A stretch of 64,000 nt of DNA from Lytechinus pictus (lineage: Eukaryota): NCBI RefSeq assembly GCF_037042905.1, contig NC_087246.1:3412001-3476000 (forward strand). Direction: 5' to 3'. The position numbers were made by a program, and so were the translations under genes. Under the pieces are notes generated by a model. That model worked only from the letters and a program-made list of their open reading frames with translations, made no database searches and was not told where the DNA came from. Position 1 is the stretch's first letter; each line of letters opens with the position of its first letter. Below are positions 13,346 through 25,727 of this stretch, piece after piece.

Positions 13346-13446
13346 ATATCTAGGTAAACCTGCTATAATGATGCTAGTGGCACAAACTTTTCTCAAAAGT
13401 TGTCTCTGGTTGATGGAAACTATTTCAGATAGGTGATCTAGATATT
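13346..13446 (+). promoter_or_regulatory. SECIS element (type II) in the SELENOM 3' UTR
   Basis: ATGAT (13368-13372) / TGAT (13411-13414) core; helix II GCTAGTGGCA pairs with TGTCTCTGGT (G-U pairs, 1 mismatch); unpaired AA, then mini-stem ACTTTT-CTC-AAAAGT; lower stem ATATCTAG/CTAGATAT and ACCTG/TAGGT. Confidence 0.88.
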
Positions 13447-13668
13447 TTTGGATTGTCTTTATTGTTTGGAATGCATTTTATTTGATTATATATAATTTGT
13501 ATTAGATTATGAAGTAAAAAACATTGAAGAGAATATAACTTTTTGATAAATGGAACTTGTTTCAATGTAGTCAAACTGATTATGTTATGAATTATATGGA
13601 TGTATTAGATAATTGGATAATGTTTTGAACAATACCTAATGCCAGTTCCATGTATATAATCAGAATGA

Positions 13669-13674
13669 AATAAA
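13669..13674 (+). promoter_or_regulatory. Probable poly(A) signal for SELENOM
   Basis: First AATAAA I noticed downstream of the SECIS; AT-rich context makes chance matches likely. Confidence 0.45.
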
Positions 13675-14189
13675 TGACTCTAAATTGACAGAATGTTTGG
13701 CTTACATTCTATTATATTGATATTTTAAGTGGGGTTTTCTATTAGGCAGTGTGTCTCAGAAAAAAAGGAACCTTCTCAGGGATAGATATTAACAATGTAA
13801 TGTGTTTTTACCACAAATTTAACACTTGAGTAAGAGTAAAATCTATTATTTTATTTGAGAATTTTTTTTTGGTAAATCAAATATGCATGGAATATGACGG
13901 ACAATAAAATTAGGCCTGCAAGAAACATTTTTGGCGGAAACTTGCTTGGAAATTTATATCCACTTAGATTTAGTGATGGATAAAGTCATCCCTTTCTCCG
14001 TCAAGGTCATTTAAATCTTCAAGAAATCTTGATGACTCTTAGATTTGACTTGTCCTTGCTGGAGTATATGAATGAGGGTTTCCCTTTTTTATCTGGGATG
14101 CCGTGTATATGTTTTTATGCAAAGAATGTCCTTTTATTGCACCCCCCCCCTATGGGGCGCCAAGTGTCCGCCAGTGAATTCCGTCCAAA

Positions 14190-14790
14190 TCACGGCATTC
14201 CGTACACAAAATGTGTTTTTATTCAGACGAAAATCATTTCGTCATGACGCTTTTTTATTTCGTACACAAAATTTATTTTTTGTCACACAAAATCAATTTC
14301 GTCTCGACGAAATGCACGAAATCAATTTCGTCTAGACGAAATGTAATTGCGTCCACAAAGTTTATTTGGCGTGCCATACGAAATGAATTTTTATCAAACG
14401 AAATGGCGCACCAAATGTCCGATGGTAAATTCCGTCCAATTCACGCAATTCCGTACACAAAATGTGTTTTTGTTCATATGAAAATCATTTCGTCATGACG
14501 CAGTTTTATTTCGTATACGAAATTATTTTTTGTCACACAAAATCAATTTTCGTCGAGACTAAATGTAATTGCGTCCACAAAATTTATTTCGTTGCGATGC
14601 GAAAATCTATTCCGTCGACGAAATCATTTTGTGTCAAAACCACAAAAAAATTTCGTTGACAAAATGATTTTGTGTCAAAACACAAAAAAATTTCGTCGAC
14701 GAAATGATTTTGTGTCAAAACACAAAAAAATTTCGTCGACGAAATGATTTTGTGTTTTGAGTCTTTTTGACATAAAATCATTTCGTCTCC
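14190..14790. repeat. Subterminal repeats of the foldback element, left arm (including a 40-bp unit)
   Basis: GAAATGATTTTGTGTCAAAACACAAAAAAATTTCGTCGAC tandem copies and many ATTTCGT/ACGAAAT motifs; mirrored at ~39690-40320, which has one more 40-bp unit. Confidence 0.85.
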
Positions 14791-14928
14791 TCTGTCTCGA
14801 AGGGGACATAAGAAGGTCGCTGATTGGCTGCACCTTGCTCAAGCTGTTTTCGCTCCGGGACGATCACACTTTTTCACAGCTCAGATTGGCATGTTGGTGA
14901 ACTTATTAGCTTAGATTTCACGTTATTC

Positions 14929-14989
14929 ATGCCTACATGAGCTGCATACAACTGCTCTAATCGGTAGGATGTGGACGGACATTGCATTC
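14929..14989 (+). pseudogene. THAP-domain gene remnant, exon 1, left arm (MPT*AAYNCSNR*DV...)
   Basis: ATG CCT ACA TGA GCT GCA TAC AAC TGC TCT AAT CGG resembles the THAP start M-P-x-C-A-A-x-x-C-x-N with the first Cys replaced by a stop; followed by a gtaagt donor; ATTGG (reverse CCAAT) boxes at 14823 and 14885. Confidence 0.7.
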
Positions 14990-16072
14990 GTAAGTTCAGC
15001 TATGTTTTCGACTTCAAAATTACGTTGAAAAAAAAATGGGAATTCGTTAGTCGTTACCAAACTTGCATTTGCAAAAAGCTGTGTAACAATACTAGTCCCG
15101 TGTATTTAAGTTTATGTACTGTAGAGTGTAGTCAGCAGACCATTGGGGGGGGGGGGGGGGGGTTGGTCTTTTCTGCACACCTAAAAAGTAAAATGGTTAT
15201 GAATTATACAGGTTGAAGATATTTAGGCCTTGATCTAATAATGTAAAATTCATTCCGAGCAAAATGCTGAAAATTTCATTGAAATTGGATGACAACAAAA
15301 GTTATTGATGCCTGGCCGTACATGCCGTATGAAACTCTAAGTCTAACTAACGTTAGGCTACTCCACTCAGTGACTCACGCGTATTGCGAGGTTAGTATTA
15401 GTATATTAACCTCGCACCATTAACCACGTTTGGCAATGGATTTCTAACTAGTGGGTCACGCGTGATGTGATCCCACTTCTGGTGTCCACAACACACAACT
15501 TCTATTGCTTGATTTTTCTGTGCGCGGCGGCATGTAATGAACCCTTGAGTGACTAGGCCTAAAAAACTCAGGCAATGGTTCGTATAGCCAGCCATTAAAC
15601 ACTCCACTATAGCCTATAGGTGAAGCAGAGGTTAGCAGTAGTGAAGTGTAGTGGAGCTTACACGAACTTGTGGTAGCCCTGGCCCCACTCATTACTAGTT
15701 CGAGGTTAGTGGCTACATATAGTTGCTACATGTATAGATCTATAGTACTAACCTCGTACACCGAACTGCATTTGGCCCTGGATTTCTGTGAAGTTGGCAA
15801 ACATCGCTTCATTACAATACAGAATTAATATTTGCCGAAACTCCTCGCTACTCACCGGGGCGCTTTGTGGTGAGTAGCCATAATACAAAAAGTCAATAGT
15901 ATATTTTTAATTAGGCCTAAATCAAAATCATCTTAAAAAAAAAGCAAATTTGATTACTTTGGAGTTTGGACTAGAAAGTGACTTTGCGTGTCTCTTCTTT
16001 TTACGCAAATAAAAGGAAGCCTGATGGTGGCGCTAATAAATTTCACAGCCTTGATTCAGGCTCGCTTCAAAT

Positions 16073-18804
16073 GGGAAATAATAAGATGGCAAATATAGCG
16101 ATCTTCAACGCTTATATATAAGCGTCGAAATTTGTAGCCATCTCCTTGTATTAGTCTATAATATACGACGTGTCAAATTGTAGCGAACTAGTTCGCTATT
16201 TCCAGATCTCCTCTATATATATATATATATATATATACGAGGGGGAATTGTAGCGAACTAGTTCGCTATTTTCCAGATCTCCTCTATATACAAACGACGG
16301 GAAATTGTAGCGAACTAGTTCGCTATTTTTCGGATCTCCTCGATATATACACGAGGGGAATTGTAGCGAACTAGTTCGCTATTTTCCAGATCTCCTCTAT
16401 ATACATACTACGGGATTTGTAGCGAACTATATATGAGGGGGCATTGTTTGTAGCGAACTAGTTCGCTATTTTTTTGGATCTCCTCTATATATACACCAGG
16501 GGGGAATTGTAGCAAACTACATATAGTTCGCTATTTTTCGGATCTCCTCTACATGTATACGACAGGAAATTGTTGCAAACTTGTTCGCCATTTCTCATCT
16601 CCTCTCTAAAATATAAACATGGCAAACTGTCGCGAACTAGATGGCAATTTTTCTGATCTCTTCATATACACGAGGGGGAAATTGTAGCGAACTAGTTGTC
16701 ATTTTTTCCAAAGCTTACATTATTGTGAAGGCTTCAAAGTGAAAATCTGCAGGTTTTGGCTGTATATATTGATGCCATATTGTCAAATTGTAGCAGACTA
16801 GTTCGCTATTTTCCAGATCTCCTCTATATATATATACGAGGGGGAATTGTAGCGAACCAGTTCGCTATTTTCCAGATCTCCTCTATATCCATACGACGGG
16901 CTTTGTAGCGAACTAGTTCGCTACTTTTCGGATCTCCTCTATAAAATTATATACACGAGGGGGAATTGTAGCGAACTCGTTCGCTACAATTCCGTCTCTT
17001 GTATATATAAAGATCAGAAAAATAGCGAACTAGTTCGCTACTTTTCGGATCTCCTCTATAAAATTATATACACGAGGGGGAATTGTAGCGAACTAGTTCG
17101 CTACAATTCCGTCTCTTGTATATATAAAGATTAGAAAAATAGCGAACTAGTTCACTACAATTCCTCCTCGTGTATAAAATTTTATAAAGAAGATCCGAAA
17201 AATAGCGAACTAGTTCGCTACAATTTTCCGTCGTATATATAAAGAGGAGATCCGAAAAATAGCGAACTAGTTCGCTACAAAAGAAGAGATCCGAAAAATA
17301 GCGAACTAGTTCGCTACAATTTCCCGTCGTATATAGAGGAGATCTGGAAAATAGCGAACTAGTTCGCTACAATTTCCCGTCGTATATATATATATATATA
17401 GGAAATCCGAAAAATAGCGAACTAGTTCGCTACAAATCCCGTAGTATATGTATCTAAAGGAGATCTGGAAAATAGCGAACTAGTTCGCTACAATTCCCCC
17501 TCGTATATATATATAGAGGAGATCTGGAAATAGCGAACTAGTTCGCTACAATTTCCCGTCGTATATATACAGTATATAGAGGAAATTTGAAAAATAGCGA
17601 ACAAATCCCGTAGTATGTATCTAGAGGAGATCTGGAAAATAGCGAACTAGTTCGCTACAATTCCCCCTCGTGTATATATCGATGAGATCCGAAAAATAGC
17701 GAACTAGTTCGCTACAATTTTCCGTCGTATATAGAGGAGATCCGAAAAATAGCGAACTAGTTCGCTACAAAAGAAGAGATCCGAAAAATAGCGAACTAGT
17801 TCGCTACAATTTCCCGTCGTATATATATATAGAGGAGATCTGGAAAATAGCGAACTAGTTCGCTACAATTTCCCGTCGTATATATATATATAGAGGAAAT
17901 CCGAAAAATAGCGAACTAGTTCGCTACAAATCCCGTAGTATGTATCTAGAGGAGATCTGGAAAATAGCGAACTAGTTCGCTACAATTCCCCCTCGTGTAT
18001 ATATCGAGGAGATCCGAAAAATAGCGAACTAGTTCGCTACAATTTCCCGTCGTTTGTATATAGAGGAGATCTAGAAAATAGCGAACTAGTTCGCTACAAT
18101 TCCCCCTCGTATATATATAAATAGAGGAGATCTGGAAATAGCGAACTAGTTCGCTACAATTTCCCGTCGATCCGGAAAATAGCGAACTAGTTCGCTACAA
18201 TTCCCCCTCGTGTATATATCGAGGAGATCCGAAAAATAGCGAACTAGTTCGCTACAATTTTCCGTCGTATATAGAGGAGATCCGAAAAATAGCGAACTAG
18301 TTCGCTACAAAAGAAGAGATCAGAAAAATAGCGAACTAGTTCGCTACAATTTCCCGTCGTATATATATATAGAGGAGATCTGGAAAATAGCGAACTAGTT
18401 CGCTACAATTTCCCGTCGTATATATATATATAGAGGAAATCCGAAAAATAGCGAACTAGTTCGCTACAAATCCCGTAGTATGTATCTAGAGGAGATCTGG
18501 AAAATAGCGAACTAGTTCGCTACAATTCCCCCTCGTGTATATATCGAGGAGATCCGAAAAATAGCGAACTAGTTCGCTACAATTTCTCGTCGTTTGTATA
18601 TAGAGGAGATCTAGAAAATAGCGAACTAGTTCGCTACAATTCCCCCTCGTATATATATATATAGAGGAGATCTGGAAATAGCGAACTAGTTCGCTACAAT
18701 TTGACACGTCGTATATTATAGACTAATACAAGGAGATGGCTACAAATTTCGACGCTTATATATAAGCGTTGAAGATCGCTATATTTGCCATCTATAAAAT
18801 ACCG
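16073..18804. mobile_element. Foldback element with 9-bp TSD (MULE-like) containing a palindromic-repeat array; left arm only
   Basis: Inverted ends AGATGGCAAATATAGCGATCTTCAACG...; TSD GCTTCAAAT at 16064-16072 and 18805-18813 (10 bp also possible); the empty site is present in the opposite arm at ~38255-38280. Confidence 0.9.
16175..18702. repeat. Array of ~45 copies of the 18-bp perfect palindrome TAGCGAACTAGTTCGCTA
   Basis: Period ~39-65 bp; linkers are related to one another and contain variable (TA)n; flank polarity flips near 16960-17110. Confidence 0.95.
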
Positions 18805-18826
18805 GCTTCAAATGCAGCTCCTCGGT

Positions 18827-19520
18827 AATTATGCCCCCGCAGACAAAGTCCGGAGGGGGCATTAAGCGTTGCCCCTGTCCGTTGATTCGCCCGCCCCCCC
18901 AATTGGTTTCCGTGCAATAAATCGAAATATATTTCGATTTATATATATTGATTTAAAAAAAAATTGGTGTGTAGGTACATGACACCATAGTACAGGCTAA
19001 CTTTGAATTCAGAGTCTGCAGGTCCAAGGTCACAGCTCATGAAATATCCGAGTTGGTTTCCGCATGATGACTTATGAAATATTCAACAGATTTATAAAAA
19101 TTAGGGTGTGTAGGTAGATGACACCATATACAGGCTAAGTTCGGAGTCGGCAGGTCAAAGGTCACGGCTCATTAAATATGCAATTTAGTTTCCGCATGAT
19201 TACTTATGAAATATTCTACATATTTAAACGAATTTGAGTGTGTAGGTAGACGACACCAAAATACAGGTCAAGTTCGAATTCATAGTCGGCAGGTCAAAGG
19301 TCACGGCTCATTAAATATGCAATTTAGTTTCCGCATGATTACTTATAAAATATTCTACATATTTAAACAAATTTGAGTGTGTAGGTAGATGATACCAATA
19401 CAGGCTAAGTTCGAATTCGGAGTATGCAGGTCAAAGATCACAGCTCCTTAAAGATATCTTATGAAATATTCAACAGATTTTTAAAAAATTTGGGTGTGTA
19501 GGTAGATGATGATGATGCAC
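18827..19520 (+). mobile_element. Helentron/DINE-1-like element 5' part with ~120-140-bp tandem units
   Basis: TTATGCCCCCGC...GGAGGGGGCAT inverted motif, then repeats of GTGTAGGTAGATGACACC...GGTCAAAGGTCAC; a related short copy lies at ~22231-22580. Confidence 0.6.
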
Positions 19521-19530
19521 AGCATTTTTA

Positions 19531-21163
19531 CAGCGGCGTAACAGGGTTCGGTGGCCAGGGGGGGGGGGGTTGGCAAGAGCCAAAAATTTCCCGGTCATAT
19601 CATGGTATGAATAGGCGTAATGGTGTAGTAAGGCGACTATTTTGAGAAGGCCAGAACTTACCTTTAAAAAAAGTTGCGAGCGAGCGAAGCGAGCGAGCAA
19701 TTTTTTTTATACCTTTTTAATACAAAAATCCAATTTTGTGATAGATTTTGACATGATATCCAGCCATGATATCCAGCTGATAATAAATTTATTTAATTCT
19801 TCTCTCTTTAGATTCCTTTTTTGTCACGGTGGTCTGTACGCCACTGTGAAGAGGATTCTTTGCGGCAGTAGCGTGAAGAGTAAAAAACAAAACAAAAAAA
19901 CAACGAGGAGCGCAGTATAGAACATGTGCCAAAAGGCTGCTTCATATATATAAGTCCTGAGCGAGCGAAGCAAGCGAGAAAAAAAATCAACTTTTCATGA
20001 GAATCTAACTTTGAGCTATTTTTTTACATATTCAGTAATTAAAATCATATCCTACAATACTTTTCCAACAAAAAAGGAGGCAATTCCTCCTTTTTTTTTT
20101 TCTTGGCTGTAGAACTTTTTGGGGCCATGGCCCAACCCTTCCATACGCAGTGCTGTGTGTTTGGGGTCCAGGGCAGAGCCCCAGGAACTTCTTGATATCA
20201 AAGCCATTTAAACCTTGCAGATTTCCCCAATTTTAATCAAATCGCGGGCATAATATAACTTTTACACAACACATTTATTCAACCCAGTTGCGTAATGAAC
20301 CAAATATTTTGAGGGGGCAAAACATATAAATGTGGGAAAAATTTGTGAAAAGTCGCCAGTGTGCAAAGCGAGCTGGAAAAATTGCCTATTGAAATTAAAA
20401 TCTAATTATGTGATAGATTTTTCCATTATTATCAGCAAATAACACATTTCCTTGTTTTTATTCATTTCATTATACGTCATGTACGTTGTCTCCTATAAAA
20501 TTTCTTTTATATCCTCTTGGGCGTGGAACCACGACCCCCCCCCCCCCCCCCCGTCTGTATGGCAGTGATTGAACGTGATTGAACGGGGGCGTTATAGAGC
20601 CATTTGAAGATTATAAATGAAGAGCCCCTACTTTGTGGGGTCTGGGGCAAAGCCCCGGTAGCTTATTTGCATAAAATTTAGAAAACTTATAGCACAATGT
20701 TGTATGCAGTCCATCTTTCTTCCCGCTCTTTAATTTCAATCATCAGCAGCCCGGTCGTGTTATTTTTTTTCTTGTTCCTTTTCTTTGTTTTCTAATTTAG
20801 CTCTTGACTAATTACATTCTACCTTCGTTTCCCGCTATTGTTTGCCATTTTGTCATCTTTTAATTTATTTCCCACCGTGCTATTGCATTACATAGGCCCT
20901 TTTCTCAATGATTTGTTCTTTTTCAAATGTTAATTCTATCGTACATTTTCCCGCTTTCCTCCCTTTTTTACTAAAAACAGTTTTTTCTTCGTTGTCTTTT
21001 TCCTTTTCTCTTTCCATTTCCCTTTCCTCCTTTTCTTTCCCCTTTCCTTCCCCTTTACCTTTCTTTCTCCCTCCTTTTTTTCTTTTTCCCGTTGTTTTTT
21101 AATTTTCCCGGTGAAATCCGCCAGGGGGGGGGGTAACTTGCCCCCCCGCCTGTTACGCCACTG
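19531..21163. mobile_element. hAT-like non-autonomous element with 8-bp TSD
   Basis: TIR CAGCGGCGTAACAGG / CCTGTTACGCCACTG; CATTTTTA at 19523-19530 and 21164-21171. Confidence 0.85.
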
Positions 21164-22621
21164 CATTTTTATAGCACCATATATCTGTCAAAGACATTCA
21201 AAGGCATATTGGAGGAGCCAGCCAATCTGGGTCGCCTACAAGGGCGCGCACACAGAACTGTGACCCGCAGGTCTCTCCTCCCGATAACTGGTTGGGGGAA
21301 TGCAGGTGGACCACTACACAGGGTCATTAAATATGCGAGTTGGTATCCTCATAATAACTTATAAAATTTCAACAGATTTTTTAAAAATTGGGTGTTTAGA
21401 TAGATGACACCATAATACATGCAAATGAGCCTCAAAATTCGAAAAGTTATAATATTACATAATAATTCATAGAAAATGAATTATATTGTACACAAGTGGG
21501 ATAAATCATTCAATAGTAATTGTAATGCACAGAATTATAACAAGTGTTGGTAAAACATCACAAAACCATTCATTTTAAAGTAGTAAAATAATTGAATTGA
21601 CAAAGATTCTACCACTTCAGGCCATCCATAATTGGACTCGTACTCGTCGCTTTCAGACCCTTATCAAGATTTTGATCAATTCTCTCTCTAATATACGCAT
21701 AGAATTTATAAAATCGTGTGTTTCGGTATCTAAAGAGTTTATTCATGATGATAATATTTTGATGGTGTTTGGAATCCTAAAAACCTGTATAATTATCATC
21801 ATTTTAGGAAGAAAGCCTGTATGGTTTACTTAAACTATTCAAATTTTATATCTGGGGATACCCATCTCAATGTCCACATACATGTGATTTTTTTTTGTCA
21901 TGAAATGAATTACTGATAATTTCATTTCATCAGCAATTTAATGCCCATGTCTGCATGTTTGAGTATGTTTTATGCATATTTCGCCTCTGCTATTATTTTG
22001 ATAGGATGTATTTCCAAATTCATCACAATAATTGTAAGTTTTATCATAATTTTACTTTTTGAAAATTATGCTATTTTTGTTCCACCAATAGTATCAATAT
22101 GACGATATCAATGGATTCTAGTTAATCCTTTTGGGTAAGATTGGAACTAACTCTGTGTTTAATAGATAAAGATATATGACTAACTTGTCCAGGTAATGAG
22201 AAATGGGCCCCTGCTGAGTAGGCCTAGAGTTTTTATGCCCCAGCAGACGAAGCCCGGAAGGGGCAGTAAGCGTTGCCCCTGTCCGTCCCCCCAATTGGTT
22301 TCTGCGCAATAACTCGAAAAATATTTAATGGATTTTAAAAAATTTTGGTGTGTAGGTAGATGACCACAAAATACAGGCTAAGTTCGAATTCGGTGTACGC
22401 AGGTCAAAGGTCACATCTCATTATATATGCAAGTCGGTTCAAAGGTCTAAATTTGTTAATTAATTATATATATGCATATTGGTTTCTGCATGATATTAAG
22501 TTCAATCATATTGAATGGATTTCTGATCGCGTTAAGCAGGGGCATCTGTGTCCTTTGGACAAGTCAAATTTTCTTAATTATGTGTAATTGATTTTATGAC
22601 ATGTGTTTACATTTGCTGCAG

Positions 22622-22831
22622 ATTCCCATTCAGCCGTTGGACTGAACCTGTACTGTCTGTAACACAGTATGGATGGTCAATATGAAGCGAGCTTCATTGA
22701 ATTCCTCCAAGAGCTCTGTACTCCGTTCTGACCATTTTGAAGATGGTTGCTTTGACAGGACTGGGCAAGTGACTCGTCTTAGACAGGATGCTGTCCCAAC
22801 CATGTTTGATTTCCTGCCTCGTCTTCAGAAG
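22622..22831 (+). pseudogene. THAP-domain gene remnant, exon 2, left arm
   Basis: ctgcag|A TTC CCA (FP) ... WMVNMKR...SVLRSDHFEDGCFDRTGQVTRLRQDAVPTMFDFLPRLQK|gta; shows THAP W, HF and the AVPT(I)F box; CS.HF Cys changed to Arg; frameshift near the 5' end. Confidence 0.85.
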
Positions 22832-23049
22832 GTACAGTAGATCTATATCATACATGTGTTCTAAAGAAATATTTTCTCTGTATTATCTACCTTTGGTTTG
22901 ATAGAACATTGCTTTAAATATTCCATTTTCAGTAGCCAAATAGAGATGAAAATTATCCTATTTGGGAGGGTAACCATGGACCTGGGCCTATACTGTGTAT
23001 TTACAGTAAACTCTTACTTAATGAACAAATATATTAAAAATTTGGTTTA

Positions 23050-23892
23050 CCCTACATAATAATCCTGGGCTACTTTGAGATTGCATAGCCCGGGGGGGGG
23101 GGGGGGGGGGGGCTTTTTGGTCCCCCTCTTCAGATCTCCATGCACTGTCGATCGCAACGAAAACCGATGCACACGTCACCATCAATGTAATCTGCAAGCA
23201 TGGAGCTCAACATTTTTTTTACCGCGTCACTCGTTGACTTTTTACTTTCAAGTCTTGCGCAACTTTTGAGACCAAAATTGTGACCCCCAGGTACAGGGTT
23301 CCGAAATTACGCAACATTTCGTAACTGCATGCAGAACCAAAATTGCTCAAAAACGTGTATTTGTGTACAAATCCAATGCAAGTAGTGTTTTTAGCCAAAA
23401 TTTATAAAATGTATCATATTTTTCCTTTTACTGCTCAAAATCAATTAATTTTATCTTGTTTATGGTAAAAAAAAAACGTCTCCGACAATTTCCATTGAAA
23501 AAACAATAAAAAACAAAAAGTCGAAAAACACAGAAATACATAAGAAATTTAGAAAACAATAAAATACATAAAAAATGAATGTGATGTTGACAACTTTTTA
23601 AAAAATTAATTTAATCAGATGCCTATAAAGAGTAAGTGAAACAAAAATGAGCATTTTAGGGGCATTATTTTGTTAATTAGAGCAAACTTATGATTTTACG
23701 CATTAATTAACATAATGAGCAATGAGATTTTTCGCAGATTTTGATATTATGGTATTGTAGATAATGCCATGGGTAACGCGCGTGCCAATTTTCGTCGCGA
23801 TTGCGAGATCAACGGCCGAGATCATAAGGGGGGCTGAATCAGCCCCCCCCCCCCGTCTTCTTAGGCGTCGAAATAGCCCAGTCTATTTAGGG
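23050..23892. mobile_element. piggyBac-like MITE (imperfect TIRs)
   Basis: TTTA|CCCTACATAAT..CTGGGCTA ... TAGCCCAGTCTATTTAGGG|TTAA. Confidence 0.55.
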
Positions 23893-24623
23893 TTAAAGAT
23901 AAATCCCTAAATAATTCCCCAAATTCTATGATTTCTAAACAAATGTGCTCCTGAAGAAATGGTAAATCAAATTTCTACTTTTATGTATTTTATTGGTTCT
24001 ATAATTCCATACGTATTTCTTTGTTTTGGGGCCTTATGTATTTTATAGTTTTTTTTCAATGGGATCACTTCGTGGCACTATTCCAATTATAAAAAGCAAG
24101 ATTTGATTATTTCCAACCAATTAGTGCAAGAATAATGATGCATTTGTCAATTATGACTGAAAATAGAATTTCCATTGGATTAAATATGTATACAAAATAA
24201 TATTTTTGAGCAATTTTCGGTCCAACATGAACTCATAAAATGTTGCGTAACTGCGTATCTGGGCGTCTCGAATTTTGTCTAAAAGCTCTGCGAGAATTGA
24301 ACGAAAAAAAAATTGTGGTACCTCGTTTCTCATTGTGGACTTATCGTGAAAAATGTGGATGGGGGGGGCTTATTAAGCTTATTAAGCCCCCCCCCCCCCC
24401 CAGGGGCTAGATAGGGTTAATATATCATCATGAATATAAAAAAAAAAAAACATTTATTTTGTTGCAAGTCACTGGAAAAGGTTTGATTCCTAAATAAATA
24501 TTATTCTTCATGTATTATCGAATATTTAATTGAAAAATTTAAAGCTATCTTTTCATTCTTCTATCTGTTTTTGTTCAATATTTCTTATATGTTTCTTTTT
24601 TTTAATTCATTCATCTCGTACAG

Positions 24624-24845
24624 AATTCACCCAAGCCAAGGAATTCCCCGAAAGAAAGACGTTTTGATTCAGCAAACAACCTCCCAGATACTGCAAAGTC
24701 TTCAGCACCTTCATTTCTCGAGGACCACTCCTACTCAATATCAGAAAGTCCAAGAGAGGTAAAGTGGAAGATAACAGCAATAATGGACTGTATTAAGAAC
24801 TTGGAGAAGAGGCTGAAAACCACACACGAGAAGTCCCGCCGTGTA
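24624..24845 (+). pseudogene. THAP gene remnant, exon 3, left arm (DHSY motif and coiled coil)
   Basis: gtacag|NSPKPRNSPKERRF...FLEDHSYSISESPREVKWKITAIMDCIKNLEKRLKTTHEKSRR; phase 0 matches exon 2; an (D/E)HxY HCF-1-binding motif followed by a coiled coil is typical of THAP proteins and THAP9/P-type transposases. Confidence 0.75.
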
Positions 24846-25127
24846 CATTACTTGCTCTTAAGTTTGGACAAACATAACTTGCAAAACTTTACAACAAATA
24901 ATTACCCCAATGTGCATTCTGATTATTTAAAATAGCTCAATGAAATAGTTTATCCGTGGGCATGTAACAAAAGTGAATTCATTAAATTTGAACGTGTTGC
25001 AAAAATGATGTCTTACAGTATATTCATTCTGACTTAGAATGTCAGAAGAGAAAAAAGTTTGTGAAAAGTAGGAATGACGGCAAGATGACAGAAGAATAGA
25101 ACAGGATAGAGCAAGGGGGACAGATAA

Positions 25128-25727
25128 AGGACAAGTCCACCCCAAAAATTGTTGATATGAATAAAAAGAGAAAAATCCAACAAGCATAACACTGAAAATT
25201 TGATAAAAAATCGGATGTAAAATAAAAAAGTTATGACATTTAAAAATTTTGCTAAATTTTACAAAAGAGTTATATGCACATTCTGTACACAGTCAGTATG
25301 CAAATGAGGAGACTGATGACGTCATCCACTCACTATTTCATTTGATATATAGAATAAGGTATATTCTAATTTTCTCCTTGTCATGTTAAACAAAATTTTA
25401 TTCCTCCCTGATCATGTGGAATTAGCATTATTCAATACTTTTTTGGTTCAGTAAAGTTTGTCCTTATGGTAATATCTGTAAAAAATGAAATATTGTATAA
25501 TTCAAACAATAAAAAACAAAATAAACAGTGAGTGAGGGACATTATCGACTGTCTCATTTGCATGTCACTGAGTTGTGAATATTTTTGTTTTGTGAAAAAT
25601 AAGTGAAAATTAAAAATGCCATAACTTTCTTAGTTTACATCCCATTTTGATGAAATTTTCAGCGTTATGCTAGTTTGATTTTTCTCAATTTAACTGAACC
25701 AACAATTTTCTTGGGTAGACTTGACCT
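25128..25727. mobile_element. Degenerate Kolobok-like MITE, left arm only
   Basis: AGGACAAGTCCACCCC ... GGGTAGACTTGACCT with degenerate TTAA flanks; absent at the mirrored site ~29835-29850. Confidence 0.65.

Noticed and set aside
14938..14940. TGA at the first THAP cysteine read as selenocysteine
   Set aside because: The same exon has an in-frame TAG, exon 2 has a frameshift and a lost Cys, and I found no SECIS for this gene; plain decay is simpler.
16175..18702. CRISPR array
   Set aside because: Linkers are homologous to each other and recur in a higher-order pattern rather than being unique spacers; there are no cas genes; the context is eukaryotic; the array is bounded by TIRs and a TSD.
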